In this document: positions 1-11,533 of the stretch, in pieces
How positions within the stretch are numbered: the first letter of the stretch is position 1
Layout: each line of letters begins with the position of its first letter
The notes under the pieces: generated by a model
Databases searched by the model: none
The model's input: only the letters and a program-made list of their open reading frames with translations
What the model was told of the DNA's origin: nothing
Program-made: the position numbers and the translations under genes
Source of the DNA: a virus
Lineage: Duplodnaviria > Caudoviricetes
Length of the DNA stretch: 64,000 nucleotides
Virus record (IMG/VR): IMGVR_UViG_3300044645_001661
Strand: one strand, 5' to 3'

Positions 1-2
1 GT

Positions 3-2174
3 CCTGTTGTAATTACAAATCCAGGAAGTGGATTTACTTCATCAAACCCACCAGAGGTTATTTTTGATGATCCATTAAGTTATTCTAATATACCATTAAT
101 TTATTCTTCAGATTCTCCACCAAATGGAATTGGAACTGGTGCTGTTGTCGATGTTGTAGTTGGACAGGGATCTAGTGTAATTAATTTTGAATTTAAGAAT
201 TATGGATATGCTTATGGGCAAGGAGATATTTTAACAATCCCTGTAGGTGGTTTAACGGGAATACCATCATCTCCTGGATTACCATTTAATCAGTTTAAAG
301 TATTGGTAGATTCTACATATAGATCTAAGTTTTCTGGATGGAATGTTGGTGATTTCCTAGTATTAGATAATATTGACCAATTCTTTAATGGAAGAAGAAG
401 ATTATTCCCATTAAGTATTAATGGTGAAAGAATATCATTCTTCGCAAGACAAAACTCTGGCATCGATCTACAGTCTAATCTTTTAGTATTTGTAAATGAT
501 ATTTTACAAACTCCTGGAGAAGGATATACCTTCACTGGGGGTAGCGTTTTAAGATTTAGTGAAGCACCTAGAGGGGGAGTTTCTGGAATTTCAACGAGAG
601 GTGATAGATGTAAATTATTAATTTATACTGGAACACAAACTATTGACGTTAAACAGGTAGACGTTTTACCTACAGTTAAAATTGGTGATGAAGTTCAACT
701 TTATAATGATACAGATGAAACTTTAAATCAAGATGAAAGATTAGTAATTGATATAAGTGCAGCAGATACAATTATTACTAACAACTATGCTGGTCAAGGT
801 GTTGTATCTGATGAATTATATGAAAGACCAATCAGTTGGTGTAAACAAACAGTAGATAAAATAATTGACGAAAATGAAGTAGCAAAAGATAGAATTTATT
901 ATGAACCTGCAATTATACCAACAACAAATATTTTACATAATGTTGGATTAGGATCAACTGCAATTTTTGTATCTTCACTAAGACCATTTTTTGATTATCC
1001 TCTAGAAGGTATAGCAATTGATGAGAAAACTACAATAGAGTTAGTCTCTCAAGAAGATTTGATTACTGCTACTGCAGAATCTATAATTTCTGTAGGAGGA
1101 ACTGTATCTTCAATATCAGTAACAAATCCTGGATTTGGATATACTATTGCACCAACAGTAACTATACAGTCTCCTGGATATGCTACATCAGTATCTTCGC
1201 CTGCTACTGGAATTGCATCAATTTCTCCTAGTGGAATAGTTACATCAATTCAAGTTAGTTTTGCTGGAACTGGATATGTTTATGGTCCAGTAGAAGCATT
1301 ATCAATTTCAGCACAAGGTCTAGGATTCCCAAGAATTGATGCTTTAACTAACAAGTTTATTAAAGCTAAATTAAAATCAAAAACTGGAATTGGTGTTAAT
1401 GCTACTGCTACCATCACTTTAAATCCATTTACTTATAATATTACGACACTAGAAATAACTGATGGTGGATATAATTATCAGCTTGGAGATCAATTATTTA
1501 TAGATACCTTTGATAATGTTGGATTGGCATCAACACAAAGAAAATATGCTTTGACCAATCCTATGGAATTTACGGTGTCTGCTATTAAACCTCCAGTTGT
1601 TTTAATATCACCTCCAGCTAGAAAAAATGAATCTATATTCTCAGTTACTTATTCTGGAGACTATGGAAATATAGTTGGTATTGGAACAACAAATGTTGGT
1701 ATTACTACAGGAGTACAATTTGATTTTTATATTCCACTAAATTCAGTTTTAAGAAGAGATTATTCTATATTTACTTCTGGTATTCAAACAGGACAATATT
1801 TTGTTGTTACAGATTCATCTATAGGGAATTCATCTGTATCTCTAACATCTTCAAATAATATATTGGGAATTGGTTCAACATGTTTAGATAATGTATATGA
1901 AGTTATATCAACATCTTTAGTTAATAGATACATTCCTTCTGATGGAATAACCACCAGTGTTGTTAGAGTAGTAACAAAAATTTCCAATTATAATGGTCTT
2001 ACTGGAATAGCTTCTACAGCATTCTATGGAAATTATAGTTGGGGTAGAATAGATACTCCAATTAGAACAAGACCAATTGAATTTAATACTCAAACAAATC
2101 AATTTGTTGGATTATCATCAAATCCAATAGTAAGAAGAGCATTCCCATTAAAATATCTTGGGTACATTGTTTAA
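3..2174 (+). CDS. C-terminal part of a large virion structural/baseplate protein (gp7 position); 5'-truncated by the window
   Basis: The frame of ORF 303..2174 is open back to base 3 (PVVITNPGSGFTSSNPPEVIFDDP...), so the gene starts upstream of the window. It carries Gly/Thr/Ser-rich NxGxGY modules and lies directly upstream of gp8. Confidence 0.7.
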   Translation, partial: PVVITNPGSGFTSSNPPEVIFDDPLSYSNIPLIYSSDSPPNGIGTGAVVDVVVGQGSSVINFEFKNYGYAYGQGDILTIPVGGLTGIPSSPGLPFNQFKVLVDSTYRSKFSGWNVGDFLVLDNIDQFFNGRRRLFPLSINGERISFFARQNSGIDLQSNLLVFVNDILQTPGEGYTFTGGSVLRFSEAPRGGVSGISTRGDRCKLLIYTGTQTIDVKQVDVLPTVKIGDEVQLYNDTDETLNQDERLVIDISAADTIITNNYAGQGVVSDELYERPISWCKQTVDKIIDENEVAKDRIYYEPAIIPTTNILHNVGLGSTAIFVSSLRPFFDYPLEGIAIDEKTTIELVSQEDLITATAESIISVGGTVSSISVTNPGFGYTIAPTVTIQSPGYATSVSSPATGIASISPSGIVTSIQVSFAGTGYVYGPVEALSISAQGLGFPRIDALTNKFIKAKLKSKTGIGVNATATITLNPFTYNITTLEITDGGYNYQLGDQLFIDTFDNVGLASTQRKYALTNPMEFTVSAIKPPVVLISPPARKNESIFSVTYSGDYGNIVGIGTTNVGITTGVQFDFYIPLNSVLRRDYSIFTSGIQTGQYFVVTDSSIGNSSVSLTSSNNILGIGSTCLDNVYEVISTSLVNRYIPSDGITTSVVRVVTKISNYNGLTGIASTAFYGNYSWGRIDTPIRTRPIEFNTQTNQFVGLSSNPIVRRAFPLKYLGYIV

Positions 2175-2180
2175 TAAATA
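2174..2180 (+). promoter_or_regulatory. T4-type late promoter core (ATAAATA)
   Basis: ATAAATA lies 22 nt upstream of the gp8 start; the T4 gp55 consensus is TATAAATA. Confidence 0.6.
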
Positions 2181-2202
2181 GAACAAAATAAGCTAATAGG
2201 CA

Positions 2203-3786
2203 ATGTCTGCAATTATAACTGATCAATTGAGAATTAAAAATGCTAGATCATTTATAAATGAAATTAGATCTAGTGATAATTCATATTATACATTTATTGG
2301 TCTACCTAATGCGTCGGAAATAAGTTCTACTTGGGATTCATATCCACCACCACCAAAAGATAGTTTTAATGAACAAAATGACTATTGGGATAGTGTCATA
2401 GCATTAAAAAAAATTGGGGTCGATGATGTAAGGCCCGTTGTTAGAAGAATCCCTTGGGTTTCTGCTACAATTTATGATATGTATCGTCACGATATAACAA
2501 GAACTAATCTTTCTAGACCATCGAATAAAACTAGTTTATATTCTTCAAATTTTTATGTAGTTAATAGTGAATATAGAGTTTATATTTGTTTAAATAACGG
2601 AGTAGATCCAGAAAATCCAAATGGAAGACCTTCATTGGATGAGCCAAAATTTACAGATTTGGAACCAAGATCTGCTGGTATTAGTGGTGATGGTTATATT
2701 TGGAAATACTTATTTACAATTAGTCCAAGTGATGTAATTAAATTTGATTCTATTAATTTTATACCATTACCAGTAGACTGGGAATCAAATAGCGATTATG
2801 CTTCAGTAAGAAATAATGCTTTAAGTAGTGGTCAAATAAAAATTGCTACTATTACTAATAGAGGATTTTTAGTTGGACCCCCAAATACTACATATTCTAG
2901 AGTTCCTATAAAGGGAGATGGATTTGGTGCAGAAGCAACAATAGTAGTAAATAATGATTCTAAGGTAGAATCAATTACTATTACTAATGGTGGAACTGGA
3001 TATACTTATGGATCAGTTGATTTAATTGGTGGCAATGTTCCATTAGGCAATACTACTCCAACATTTGATGTCATTATTCCACCGAATAATGGCCATGGTT
3101 ATGATGTTTATAAAGAACTTGGATCTACAAATGTTTTAATCTATTCTAGAATAGAAAATAATGATCAAAATCCAGATTTTGTTACTGGAACTAAAATTGC
3201 TAGAATTGGTATAGTAGAAAATCCAAATTCATTTGAATCAAATACTATTTTATCTGACGATAGAGCCAGTAGTGTTTATGCTTTAATGTTAAAGGGATTA
3301 AGTCCAAACACTGATGACTATAAAATAACAACTTTTCAACCTAACGCTGTTATAACTCAAACAATTGGAACTGGTGTAACTGCTGTTGGAAAAGTTATAT
3401 CTTACGACCAAGCAACTGGTGTTTTGAGATATTGGCAAGATAGATCTATGGTTGGATTTAATACTGATGGAACCCAAAATCAGTCTCCAAGATATGGATT
3501 TCAAATAAATCGTTTTACTGCAAATGTTTCTGGTTCTGGGTCATTAAGAATTGTTGGTGGCAATAAAGATTTGTATATAGATTCTGGATTTGGATCAGAA
3601 AACAATCCTGGTATAAGTACTGTCATAAATAATAAAACATATTATTTGGGTCAAACTTTTATTGATGGGATATCAAATCCAGAGGTTCAAAAATATTCTG
3701 GAAATATTCTTTATGTTGACAATAGACCTTCCATAACAAGATCTATAAACCAAAGAGAAGATATTAAAGTAGTGTTGCAATTCTAA
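2203..3786 (+). CDS. gp8: Baseplate wedge subunit gp8
   Basis: MSAIITDQLRIKNA start, YDMYRHD, YVVNSEYRVYICLNN, DGYIWKYLFTI and C-terminal YVDNRPSITRS..QREDIKVVLQF are typical of gp8; synteny fits. Confidence 0.9.
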   Translation: MSAIITDQLRIKNARSFINEIRSSDNSYYTFIGLPNASEISSTWDSYPPPPKDSFNEQNDYWDSVIALKKIGVDDVRPVVRRIPWVSATIYDMYRHDITRTNLSRPSNKTSLYSSNFYVVNSEYRVYICLNNGVDPENPNGRPSLDEPKFTDLEPRSAGISGDGYIWKYLFTISPSDVIKFDSINFIPLPVDWESNSDYASVRNNALSSGQIKIATITNRGFLVGPPNTTYSRVPIKGDGFGAEATIVVNNDSKVESITITNGGTGYTYGSVDLIGGNVPLGNTTPTFDVIIPPNNGHGYDVYKELGSTNVLIYSRIENNDQNPDFVTGTKIARIGIVENPNSFESNTILSDDRASSVYALMLKGLSPNTDDYKITTFQPNAVITQTIGTGVTAVGKVISYDQATGVLRYWQDRSMVGFNTDGTQNQSPRYGFQINRFTANVSGSGSLRIVGGNKDLYIDSGFGSENNPGISTVINNKTYYLGQTFIDGISNPEVQKYSGNILYVDNRPSITRSINQREDIKVVLQF

Positions 3787-3792
3787 CAGACC

Positions 3793-6700
3793 ATGCCAAA
3801 AGAAACTAATTTAAATGTATCTCCATATTTTGATGATTTTGATTTAGAAAAACAATATTATCAAGTTCTTTTTAAACCAGGATTACCTGTACAGGCAAGA
3901 GAATTAACATCTTTACAATCAGTATTACAAAATCAGATTGAACAGGTAGGTAATCATTTATTTAAAGAAGGGTCTGTTGTAATACCTGGTCAAATTAACT
4001 ATAATAATACTCTCTTTGCGGTAGAAGTTGAGTCGGAATATCTTGGTATTCCTTTTGCTAGTTATGCACAGCAATTACTAGGAAAAATAATAAAGGGTGA
4101 AAATTCTAACGTAAACGCAAAAATAATTTTAATATTAGGACCAGAATTTTCAGATAGAGGTTATCATACAATTTACATAAATTATCTCAGTGCTGGAACT
4201 GATGAAAAGCAGTCATTTGATAATGGAGAAACATTATTACTACAAGAAAATTTAGTATTAAATAATTTAAATTTCCAATCTGGTCAAGGATTTGCTATTG
4301 CTGCACCTACAGATTGTACTAGCACTGGATCTGCTGTATTTTTGTCAGAAGGAATTTATTTTCTTAGAGGTTCTTTCGTTAAAGTTAATGAACAAGTATT
4401 AGTATTAGATCCCCATGCAAACAATCCTTCATATAGAGTTGGATTTGAAATCTTAGAAGAAGTAGTAACCTCTTCACAAGATCAATCGCTGAATGATAAT
4501 GCTAAAGGATTTAATAACTATGCTGCACCAGGAGCAGATAGATTAAAGATAACGGCAACTTTAGCAAAAAAACCTTTAGATTCAGAGAAAAACGAAAATT
4601 TCATAGAAATTTTAATAGTAAGAAACGGATTTGTTTCTCATATTAATGAAACACCAGAATATAATGTAATAGTAGATGAACTTGCAAGAAGAACATTTGA
4701 TCAGTCTGGGGATTTTTATGTAAAACCATTTTCAATAGTTTCTAGAGAATCTTTAAATGATGGAAAAGGTAATAATGGTATTTTTAATTCCAATCAATTA
4801 ACTTATGGAAGTTTAACACCTAGTTCGAATTTAGGTGTTTATAAAATATCACCAGGAAAAGCATTTATTAAAGGTTACGAAGTAAACGTAAAAGGAGTTA
4901 CTTTTTTAGACTTTGAAAAAACAAGAACTACAAAAACTTTAGAAAATCAAAAAATAAACTTTATTACTGGACCAACTTTAACTTTAAATAGAGTTTTTGG
5001 AGCACCAAAGATTGGTTTTGGAACTGATACTACAATTAGTTTAAGAGATAGAAGGATAGGTGCTGCACATTCAATCTCTTCAGGTAAAGAGATTGGAGTT
5101 GCTAGAGTATATGATTATGCTTTAGAATCTGGTTCATATTCTTCAATTGATCAAAATTTAAATGAATGGGATATTGCACTTTATGATATACAAACTTATA
5201 CTGAAATTACATTAAATGAACCAATAACATTATCAACACCAACTTTCATTGAAGGAAAATCTAGTGGTGCTACCGCATATTTAAGATATAACACCACTAC
5301 TGGAATTGTAACTGCATATAATGGACAAGGTAACTTCATTTTTGGTGAAAAATTAGTATTTAATGGATTAGAGGGTAATAGAGTTGCAACCGCAATTACT
5401 GCGTATAGTATTGATGATGTAAAATCTTTATATTCTTTGGTTGGTTCTGGTGTAACTTTTAATTCTGATGTTAAACCACAATTAAAAGCTTCATATGGTC
5501 AAGTTATAATAACACCAAAATCTGGTACTGCACCAGGAATTTGTACAGTAACATCAAATGACTTGGTATTTTTAAATGTCGTGAAACCTGGAGACTTGGT
5601 TTCATTTACAAACCCAGGAATTAATAATTCACAATTAAAAACTTTTGCTAGAATTGAAAGTGTAATTGATGATTATAATATAATAATCTCTGGAATTACT
5701 ACAGTATCCAATATTTGTGATGGTGGATTACCAACATCCCAAATTACTCCTGTAGATTTTTCTATTTTAAAATCCAAATTCCAATCATCATCTGATAATA
5801 CATTATATACACCATTACCAAAAAAGTGGATATCTAATGTTAGTCTCACAAATTCTAATTTAACAATTAGAAAAGAATTTAATGTAACTATTACAGCAAA
5901 TACAACTAATACTATTCAAGCAGATGAGGACGAATTCTTCTTACCATTTGATGAAGAAAGATATGTTTTAGTTAATTCTTCTGGATATATTGAGCCATTG
6001 ACTCCAGATAAATTCAGATACACTAATGGAAATAGAGAAATTAGAATTTTTGGATTAAATGGTGTTGGATCAGCAAGACTAATAGCAACATTAGAAAAAA
6101 TAAACATCAAAAATAAAGTAAAAAATGTAAATAGAGTAAACTCTATAATTATTGATAAATCTAAATTTGCACAATCTGGAATTGGATCCACTACTTTAAA
6201 TGATGGTTTATCATATGGAAGTTATGGATATGGTCTACGTGTACAAGATAAAGAATTGTGCCTTTTAGTTCCAGATGTAACTAAAGTTTATGGTATTTTT
6301 GAATCATCTGATACTACAAATCCAAAGTTACCAAGAATATCATTATTCAATCTAAATGGTCCAACTGGAAGAGTTGATGACTTAATAGTTGGTGAAGAAT
6401 TTATTGGAAAGGAAAGTGGTGCTATTGGTATTTTTGTAAGTAAGTTTGATAGTTTAAACTTAGAATTCATTTATTTAAATGAATTAAGATTTAAATTAAA
6501 TGAATCAGTAGAGTTTAAAGAAACCAAAATTAGTGGTGTTATTAATGCATTTTTTGATGGAGACTCAAATATTACAAACCGTTATCTATTAGATAGTGGA
6601 CAAAAAGAAACTATTTGTGATTATTCAAAACTAATTAGACTTGCTGATAATAAAGAACCAAAGAAAAAAATAAGAATTATATTCGAATCTTCACAATATT

Positions 6701-9700
6701 CTTCTTCTGACAGTGGAGATTTAACCACAGTATCTTCATATGATCAAATTAATTATTGCGACTTGCCTCTTATTAATAATAATACTAGACTGACTGATAT
6801 TTTAGATATTCGTCCAAGAGTATTACCTTTTAATCCTTCTTCTAGTACTTCACCATTTGAATTTTTTGGTAGAACTTTTTCGGAAGCAAATAATTCATCT
6901 AAAAATATAATAGCATCAGATGAATCAATTACATTAACATATTCATTCTATCTACCAAGAATAGATAAAATTTATCTAAACAAAAATAGAAAGTTTCAAT
7001 TGATTAATGGAATTCCTTCAGAAAATCCATTACCTCCAATTCCAATTGATGATTCATTAGAAGTTGCTACCATAAATCTACCACCATATATCTGCAATGC
7101 CAACTCTCTAGATATATCATTAAAGCAGCATAAGCGTTATAGAATGCAAGATGTTGCTCAACTTGAAGATAGAATTAGAAATCTAGAATATTATACTGCA
7201 CTATCATTATTAGAAACAAATACTGAAAACTTATTTGTTCCAGATAGAAATGGATTGTCTAGATTTAAGTCTGGAATTTTTGTAGATAATTTCTCTACTA
7301 GAAATTCTCAGGTAAAAATAGGACCAGTAAAAAATAGTATAGACCCAGAAAATTTAGAGTTAAGACCATCACCTTTTACTACAGAAATTGATTTACAATT
7401 AGGGTCTAAGTCGTTAATTGGAATTGGAACTACAGCATCTCCAATTGCAGATACAAAATTTGTAAATGATTTAGTTGGTAATAATGTAAGAAGAACAGGT
7501 CAATTACTCACAATTGATTATGACGAAGTTGTAGAAATAAAACAACCTTTTGCAACAAGAGTTGAAAATGTAGTGCCTTATTTGGTGACTTCTTATAGAG
7601 GAACTATTGAATTATTCCCATCATCAGATATTTGGATAGACCAGGTAAGATTAGAACCACAAAGATTAGAACTGGATCTGTATACAGAATCTAGAGAAGA
7701 ATTAATACATTCTGGATTTGACCCACAAACAGGTTTAACCCCAGTAACTTGGGATGCTTGGGAAGCTACTTGGACTGGCAGTACATCAACTATTCAAAAC
7801 GCCGCAAACTTTGTAGGATCATCATCCCAACAAATTGGAAGAACAATAACTACAACAAATACATTCCAAAATGTTCAAACAACTACTGTAACAAGAACAG
7901 GTACTGAGACTAGATCTGGAACACAATTAAAGTTATCAGAACAAGTTGATGTTGTTAATGAAGGTGATAGAGTTGTTAGCACCTCAGTTATCCCATTCAT
8001 GAGGTCAAGAAACATTGAATTTACTGGTAAATCATTTAAACCTTTTACAAGAATATACACATTTTTTGATGGTGTAGATGTAAATAAGTTTGTTTTACCA
8101 AAACTTATTGAAATTCAAATGGTGACTGGCAAATTTAATGTCGGTGAACTTATAACTGGTAGAATGTCAACTGGATCTGAAACTGAAATCAATAGTTCTA
8201 CTCCATTTATTACATTTAGAGTTGCAAAATCAAATCATAAGTATGGTCCTATTGCAAATCCATTAGATACCTTTACAGTAAGTCCATATAATCAATCATA
8301 TACAATTCCAGAAGAATATTCTAGTTCTTCAATTTTACTTAATGTTGATACTGCTTCATTATCAGATATGACGCAAGGTTTGTATAGAGGATTTATACAA
8401 ACAGGTATGAGATTAAGGGGAGAACAAGGTGAAGCTATTGTAACAAATGTTCGTTTGTTTACTGATAATGTAGGTACAATTATTGGTTCATTCTTTATTC
8501 CAAACCCAAATATCATATCAAATCCATCTTTTGAAACTGGAATTAAGTTATTTAAACTAACAAGTAGTTCCACAAACAGTTCTGTTGGTGGAGTAGTTAG
8601 AACTGATGGAGAAGAGCAGTATTTTGCTCAAGGTACGATTAATAATCAACAAGAAACTATTAGAACAACTAGAAAACCCAGATTTGATGAAGAAACAGTA
8701 AGTGAATCTAGGGGTGCTACAGATGTTCAAACTAGCACTGCTGTATCCACATTTACAACTGTTACTACTATAACACTACCTCCACCTCCTCCACCCGCCC
8801 CACCATGGGGAGGAGACCCACTGGGGCAATCATTCTTTATTACTAATAGTACAGGAGTTTTTGTAACAGCACTAGATGTATTCTTCAATACTAAAGACGA
8901 TACTCTTCCAGTAACAGTTCAACTTAGACCTGTTGTTAATGGAGTTCCTTCTACAGACATATATCCTTTTAGTGAAGTTGTTATTGAAGCTAAAGATGTT
9001 ATTACATCTTCAGATGCATCATTACCAACTAAAGTAATATTCCCATCACCGATTTATTTAAATCCTAATTCAGAAAATGCTATTGTATTATTGTCACAAT
9101 CTTATGAATATACTGCATGGATTTCCAGAATGGGTGAAATTGATATCGGAACATTATCTCAACCAGAATCTAGACAAGTTTTAGTTTCTGCTCAACCAAT
9201 GCTTGGATCTCTATTCAAGTCTCAAAACGGATCTACTTGGACACCAAGCCAATATGAAGACTTGAAATTTAATTTATACTCTGCAAGATTTAAAGGACAA
9301 AATGGATCTATAACATTTTATAATCCAGACTTGTCAGAGGGTAATGCACAAATTGCAAAACTTTTAAAAGATTCTTTAGAATTTAATTCTAGAAAAATAA
9401 TTGTAACTTTAAATGATACTGTAGATGTTTCTGCAGTAGATTTAGGAAATACTGTAATACAATTGAACAACACCGCTACAGCAAATTATGTTGGTGCTGG
9501 TGGTTCTGCTTCTGGAAATCTTAAAATTGTCAATGCTGGTATAGGATATACCCCATCAAATGGATCATCATTTACATTTACAAATGTTCCATTAGTTTCT
9601 TCTACTGGAACTGGAAAAAATGCTACGGCAAATATTACAATTGGAACTGTTAGTGGTCTTAGTGGTGTTGCAATTGCTGCAACTATTTCAAATGGAGGAT

Positions 9701-11301
9701 CTGGATATCAAATTGGTGACATCTTAACTGCAGAGCAAATTGGAACACAATCTCTTGGTAGAAATTTACAATTATCACTGACAAATATTTCAGGAATAAA
9801 TGAATTAATTCTGGATCAAGTCCAAGGAGAGTTTAAAGTTAATGGTGCCATGCCAATTCAGTATGTTGATAGTGTTGCTGGAATTACAACTATATTAACA
9901 ACTTCTAGTTCAAATGCATTAATAACTGATGTTGAATTGTATTCTCTAGAGACTGATGGACTGCATATTAAAGTGAATCATAAAAATCATGGTATGCATT
10001 CTGAAATTAATAGGGTTCAAATTAGTAATATTGATACAGATATAATCCCAACAACATTAACTACAGACTATACAAATTCAGAAACTGGTAGTATTAGTAT
10101 TGCAAGCACAGTATCATTTACTACTTTTGAGAATGTTTCTGTTGCATCAACAAATCCTGGATATGTTTTAATCGATAATGAAGTAATTTCTTACACTGGT
10201 GTTGGTAATGGTCAATTAATAGGAATAACTAGAGGTATTGATCAGACAAGATCTTATAATTATTCATCAGGTTCAATAGTTAAAAAATATGAATTAAATG
10301 GAGTTTCATTAAGAAGAGTCAACAAAACTCATGATTTACAAGATGCTCTTGTTCAAAGACCAGTAGGATTAGATTATTATTATATTAAACTCGACATGTC
10401 TTCAAATGGAACTGATAGAAATAGTGGTTCTGGATTTGAAAAATTATATATTAATGACACCAAATCAACAGGAGGTAACTCTATAAGTGCTTCCCAAAAT
10501 ATACAATATGAAATAGCAAGACCAATAGTTCAAACATTAGTTTTATCTGAAACTAACATTCGTTCTTCCATTAAAACTACAACTGGAACTAGTATTGATG
10601 GTGGTGAAGTATCATTTATTGAATCCGAAATACTTCCATTAAATATATCAGAAAATACTTATTTTGATACTCCACGAATAGTAGCATCGAAGGTCAATGA
10701 ACTGGATAAATTAAATAGTTTACCAGGAAATAAATCATTAAGTGTAACTTTCAACCTATCAACTTTAAATAATACTGTTTCACCAGTAATCGATTTAGAT
10801 AGAGTTGGATTAATTTTAACAACAAATAGAGTAAATAATGCCATTGATGATTATATTAATGATAGTAGAACTTCTTCAATATTAGAAGATCCAACGGCAT
10901 TTATTTACACCAATAAACTAATTGGTCTTGAAAATTCTGCATCCTCTATTAAAATTTTATTATCTGGTTATGTAAATGTCTTTAGTGAAATTAGAGCATT
11001 CTACACTATTTCAAATACATTACAATCCAATCCAATTTACTATCCTTTCCCAGGATATAATAATTTGGACGTAAATGGAAACGTAATTGATATCTTTAAC
11101 AGTGATGGATTACCTAATAAATTAGTACCTAAAACAGATGTACTTGGATTTGGTAGTCGTGAAATAGTCTTTAAAGATTATGAATTCTTTATTGATGATT
11201 TACCAGAATTTAGATATTTTGGTATAAAGTTAATAGGAACGTCTACTAATCAGGCACATCCTCCAAGAATAAAAGACTTACGTGTAATTGCTTTAGCTTA
11301 A
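3793..11301 (+). CDS. Large virion structural protein, VrlC/DUF4815-like (2502 aa)
   Basis: MPKETNLNVSPYFDDF, LFKPGLPVQARELTSLQS, APGADRLKI, RFKSGIFVDNF, DPLGQSF and terminal PPRIKDLRVIALA; follows gp8 as in cyanomyoviruses. Confidence 0.85.
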   Translation: MPKETNLNVSPYFDDFDLEKQYYQVLFKPGLPVQARELTSLQSVLQNQIEQVGNHLFKEGSVVIPGQINYNNTLFAVEVESEYLGIPFASYAQQLLGKIIKGENSNVNAKIILILGPEFSDRGYHTIYINYLSAGTDEKQSFDNGETLLLQENLVLNNLNFQSGQGFAIAAPTDCTSTGSAVFLSEGIYFLRGSFVKVNEQVLVLDPHANNPSYRVGFEILEEVVTSSQDQSLNDNAKGFNNYAAPGADRLKITATLAKKPLDSEKNENFIEILIVRNGFVSHINETPEYNVIVDELARRTFDQSGDFYVKPFSIVSRESLNDGKGNNGIFNSNQLTYGSLTPSSNLGVYKISPGKAFIKGYEVNVKGVTFLDFEKTRTTKTLENQKINFITGPTLTLNRVFGAPKIGFGTDTTISLRDRRIGAAHSISSGKEIGVARVYDYALESGSYSSIDQNLNEWDIALYDIQTYTEITLNEPITLSTPTFIEGKSSGATAYLRYNTTTGIVTAYNGQGNFIFGEKLVFNGLEGNRVATAITAYSIDDVKSLYSLVGSGVTFNSDVKPQLKASYGQVIITPKSGTAPGICTVTSNDLVFLNVVKPGDLVSFTNPGINNSQLKTFARIESVIDDYNIIISGITTVSNICDGGLPTSQITPVDFSILKSKFQSSSDNTLYTPLPKKWISNVSLTNSNLTIRKEFNVTITANTTNTIQADEDEFFLPFDEERYVLVNSSGYIEPLTPDKFRYTNGNREIRIFGLNGVGSARLIATLEKINIKNKVKNVNRVNSIIIDKSKFAQSGIGSTTLNDGLSYGSYGYGLRVQDKELCLLVPDVTKVYGIFESSDTTNPKLPRISLFNLNGPTGRVDDLIVGEEFIGKESGAIGIFVSKFDSLNLEFIYLNELRFKLNESVEFKETKISGVINAFFDGDSNITNRYLLDSGQKETICDYSKLIRLADNKEPKKKIRIIFESSQYSSSDSGDLTTVSSYDQINYCDLPLINNNTRLTDILDIRPRVLPFNPSSSTSPFEFFGRTFSEANNSSKNIIASDESITLTYSFYLPRIDKIYLNKNRKFQLINGIPSENPLPPIPIDDSLEVATINLPPYICNANSLDISLKQHKRYRMQDVAQLEDRIRNLEYYTALSLLETNTENLFVPDRNGLSRFKSGIFVDNFSTRNSQVKIGPVKNSIDPENLELRPSPFTTEIDLQLGSKSLIGIGTTASPIADTKFVNDLVGNNVRRTGQLLTIDYDEVVEIKQPFATRVENVVPYLVTSYRGTIELFPSSDIWIDQVRLEPQRLELDLYTESREELIHSGFDPQTGLTPVTWDAWEATWTGSTSTIQNAANFVGSSSQQIGRTITTTNTFQNVQTTTVTRTGTETRSGTQLKLSEQVDVVNEGDRVVSTSVIPFMRSRNIEFTGKSFKPFTRIYTFFDGVDVNKFVLPKLIEIQMVTGKFNVGELITGRMSTGSETEINSSTPFITFRVAKSNHKYGPIANPLDTFTVSPYNQSYTIPEEYSSSSILLNVDTASLSDMTQGLYRGFIQTGMRLRGEQGEAIVTNVRLFTDNVGTIIGSFFIPNPNIISNPSFETGIKLFKLTSSSTNSSVGGVVRTDGEEQYFAQGTINNQQETIRTTRKPRFDEETVSESRGATDVQTSTAVSTFTTVTTITLPPPPPPAPPWGGDPLGQSFFITNSTGVFVTALDVFFNTKDDTLPVTVQLRPVVNGVPSTDIYPFSEVVIEAKDVITSSDASLPTKVIFPSPIYLNPNSENAIVLLSQSYEYTAWISRMGEIDIGTLSQPESRQVLVSAQPMLGSLFKSQNGSTWTPSQYEDLKFNLYSARFKGQNGSITFYNPDLSEGNAQIAKLLKDSLEFNSRKIIVTLNDTVDVSAVDLGNTVIQLNNTATANYVGAGGSASGNLKIVNAGIGYTPSNGSSFTFTNVPLVSSTGTGKNATANITIGTVSGLSGVAIAATISNGGSGYQIGDILTAEQIGTQSLGRNLQLSLTNISGINELILDQVQGEFKVNGAMPIQYVDSVAGITTILTTSSSNALITDVELYSLETDGLHIKVNHKNHGMHSEINRVQISNIDTDIIPTTLTTDYTNSETGSISIASTVSFTTFENVSVASTNPGYVLIDNEVISYTGVGNGQLIGITRGIDQTRSYNYSSGSIVKKYELNGVSLRRVNKTHDLQDALVQRPVGLDYYYIKLDMSSNGTDRNSGSGFEKLYINDTKSTGGNSISASQNIQYEIARPIVQTLVLSETNIRSSIKTTTGTSIDGGEVSFIESEILPLNISENTYFDTPRIVASKVNELDKLNSLPGNKSLSVTFNLSTLNNTVSPVIDLDRVGLILTTNRVNNAIDDYINDSRTSSILEDPTAFIYTNKLIGLENSASSIKILLSGYVNVFSEIRAFYTISNTLQSNPIYYPFPGYNNLDVNGNVIDIFNSDGLPNKLVPKTDVLGFGSREIVFKDYEFFIDDLPEFRYFGIKLIGTSTNQAHPPRIKDLRVIALA

Positions 11302-11302
11302 A

Positions 11303-11533
11303 ATGAACAATCACTATTTAAAAGTTGAAGGTCATAATCATTTAGTTAGAGATGTGCAATCAAATGCCATAATAAACACAAATAAAGAAGGTTATCAATC
11401 CTACAAGTCTTTAAAAAATTCAAAAGAACGTGAGAAATGTAGGATTGATAACATTGAAAATGATTTAAATAGTCTAAAGTCAGATTTAGATGAAATTAAA
11501 TCATTATTGAGGGCAATTGCAAATGGATCCTGA
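11303..11533 (+). CDS. Small hypothetical protein with C-terminal coiled coil
   Basis: 76-aa ORF tightly packed after the VrlC-like gene, with a heptad-like C-terminus (LNSLKSDLDEIKSLL). Confidence 0.75.
   Translation: MNNHYLKVEGHNHLVRDVQSNAIINTNKEGYQSYKSLKNSKEREKCRIDNIENDLNSLKSDLDEIKSLLRAIANGS

Noticed and set aside
3793-11301. 'Virulence' function implied by the VrlC name
   Set aside because: Position, size and composition indicate a baseplate-associated structural protein; the name is historical.
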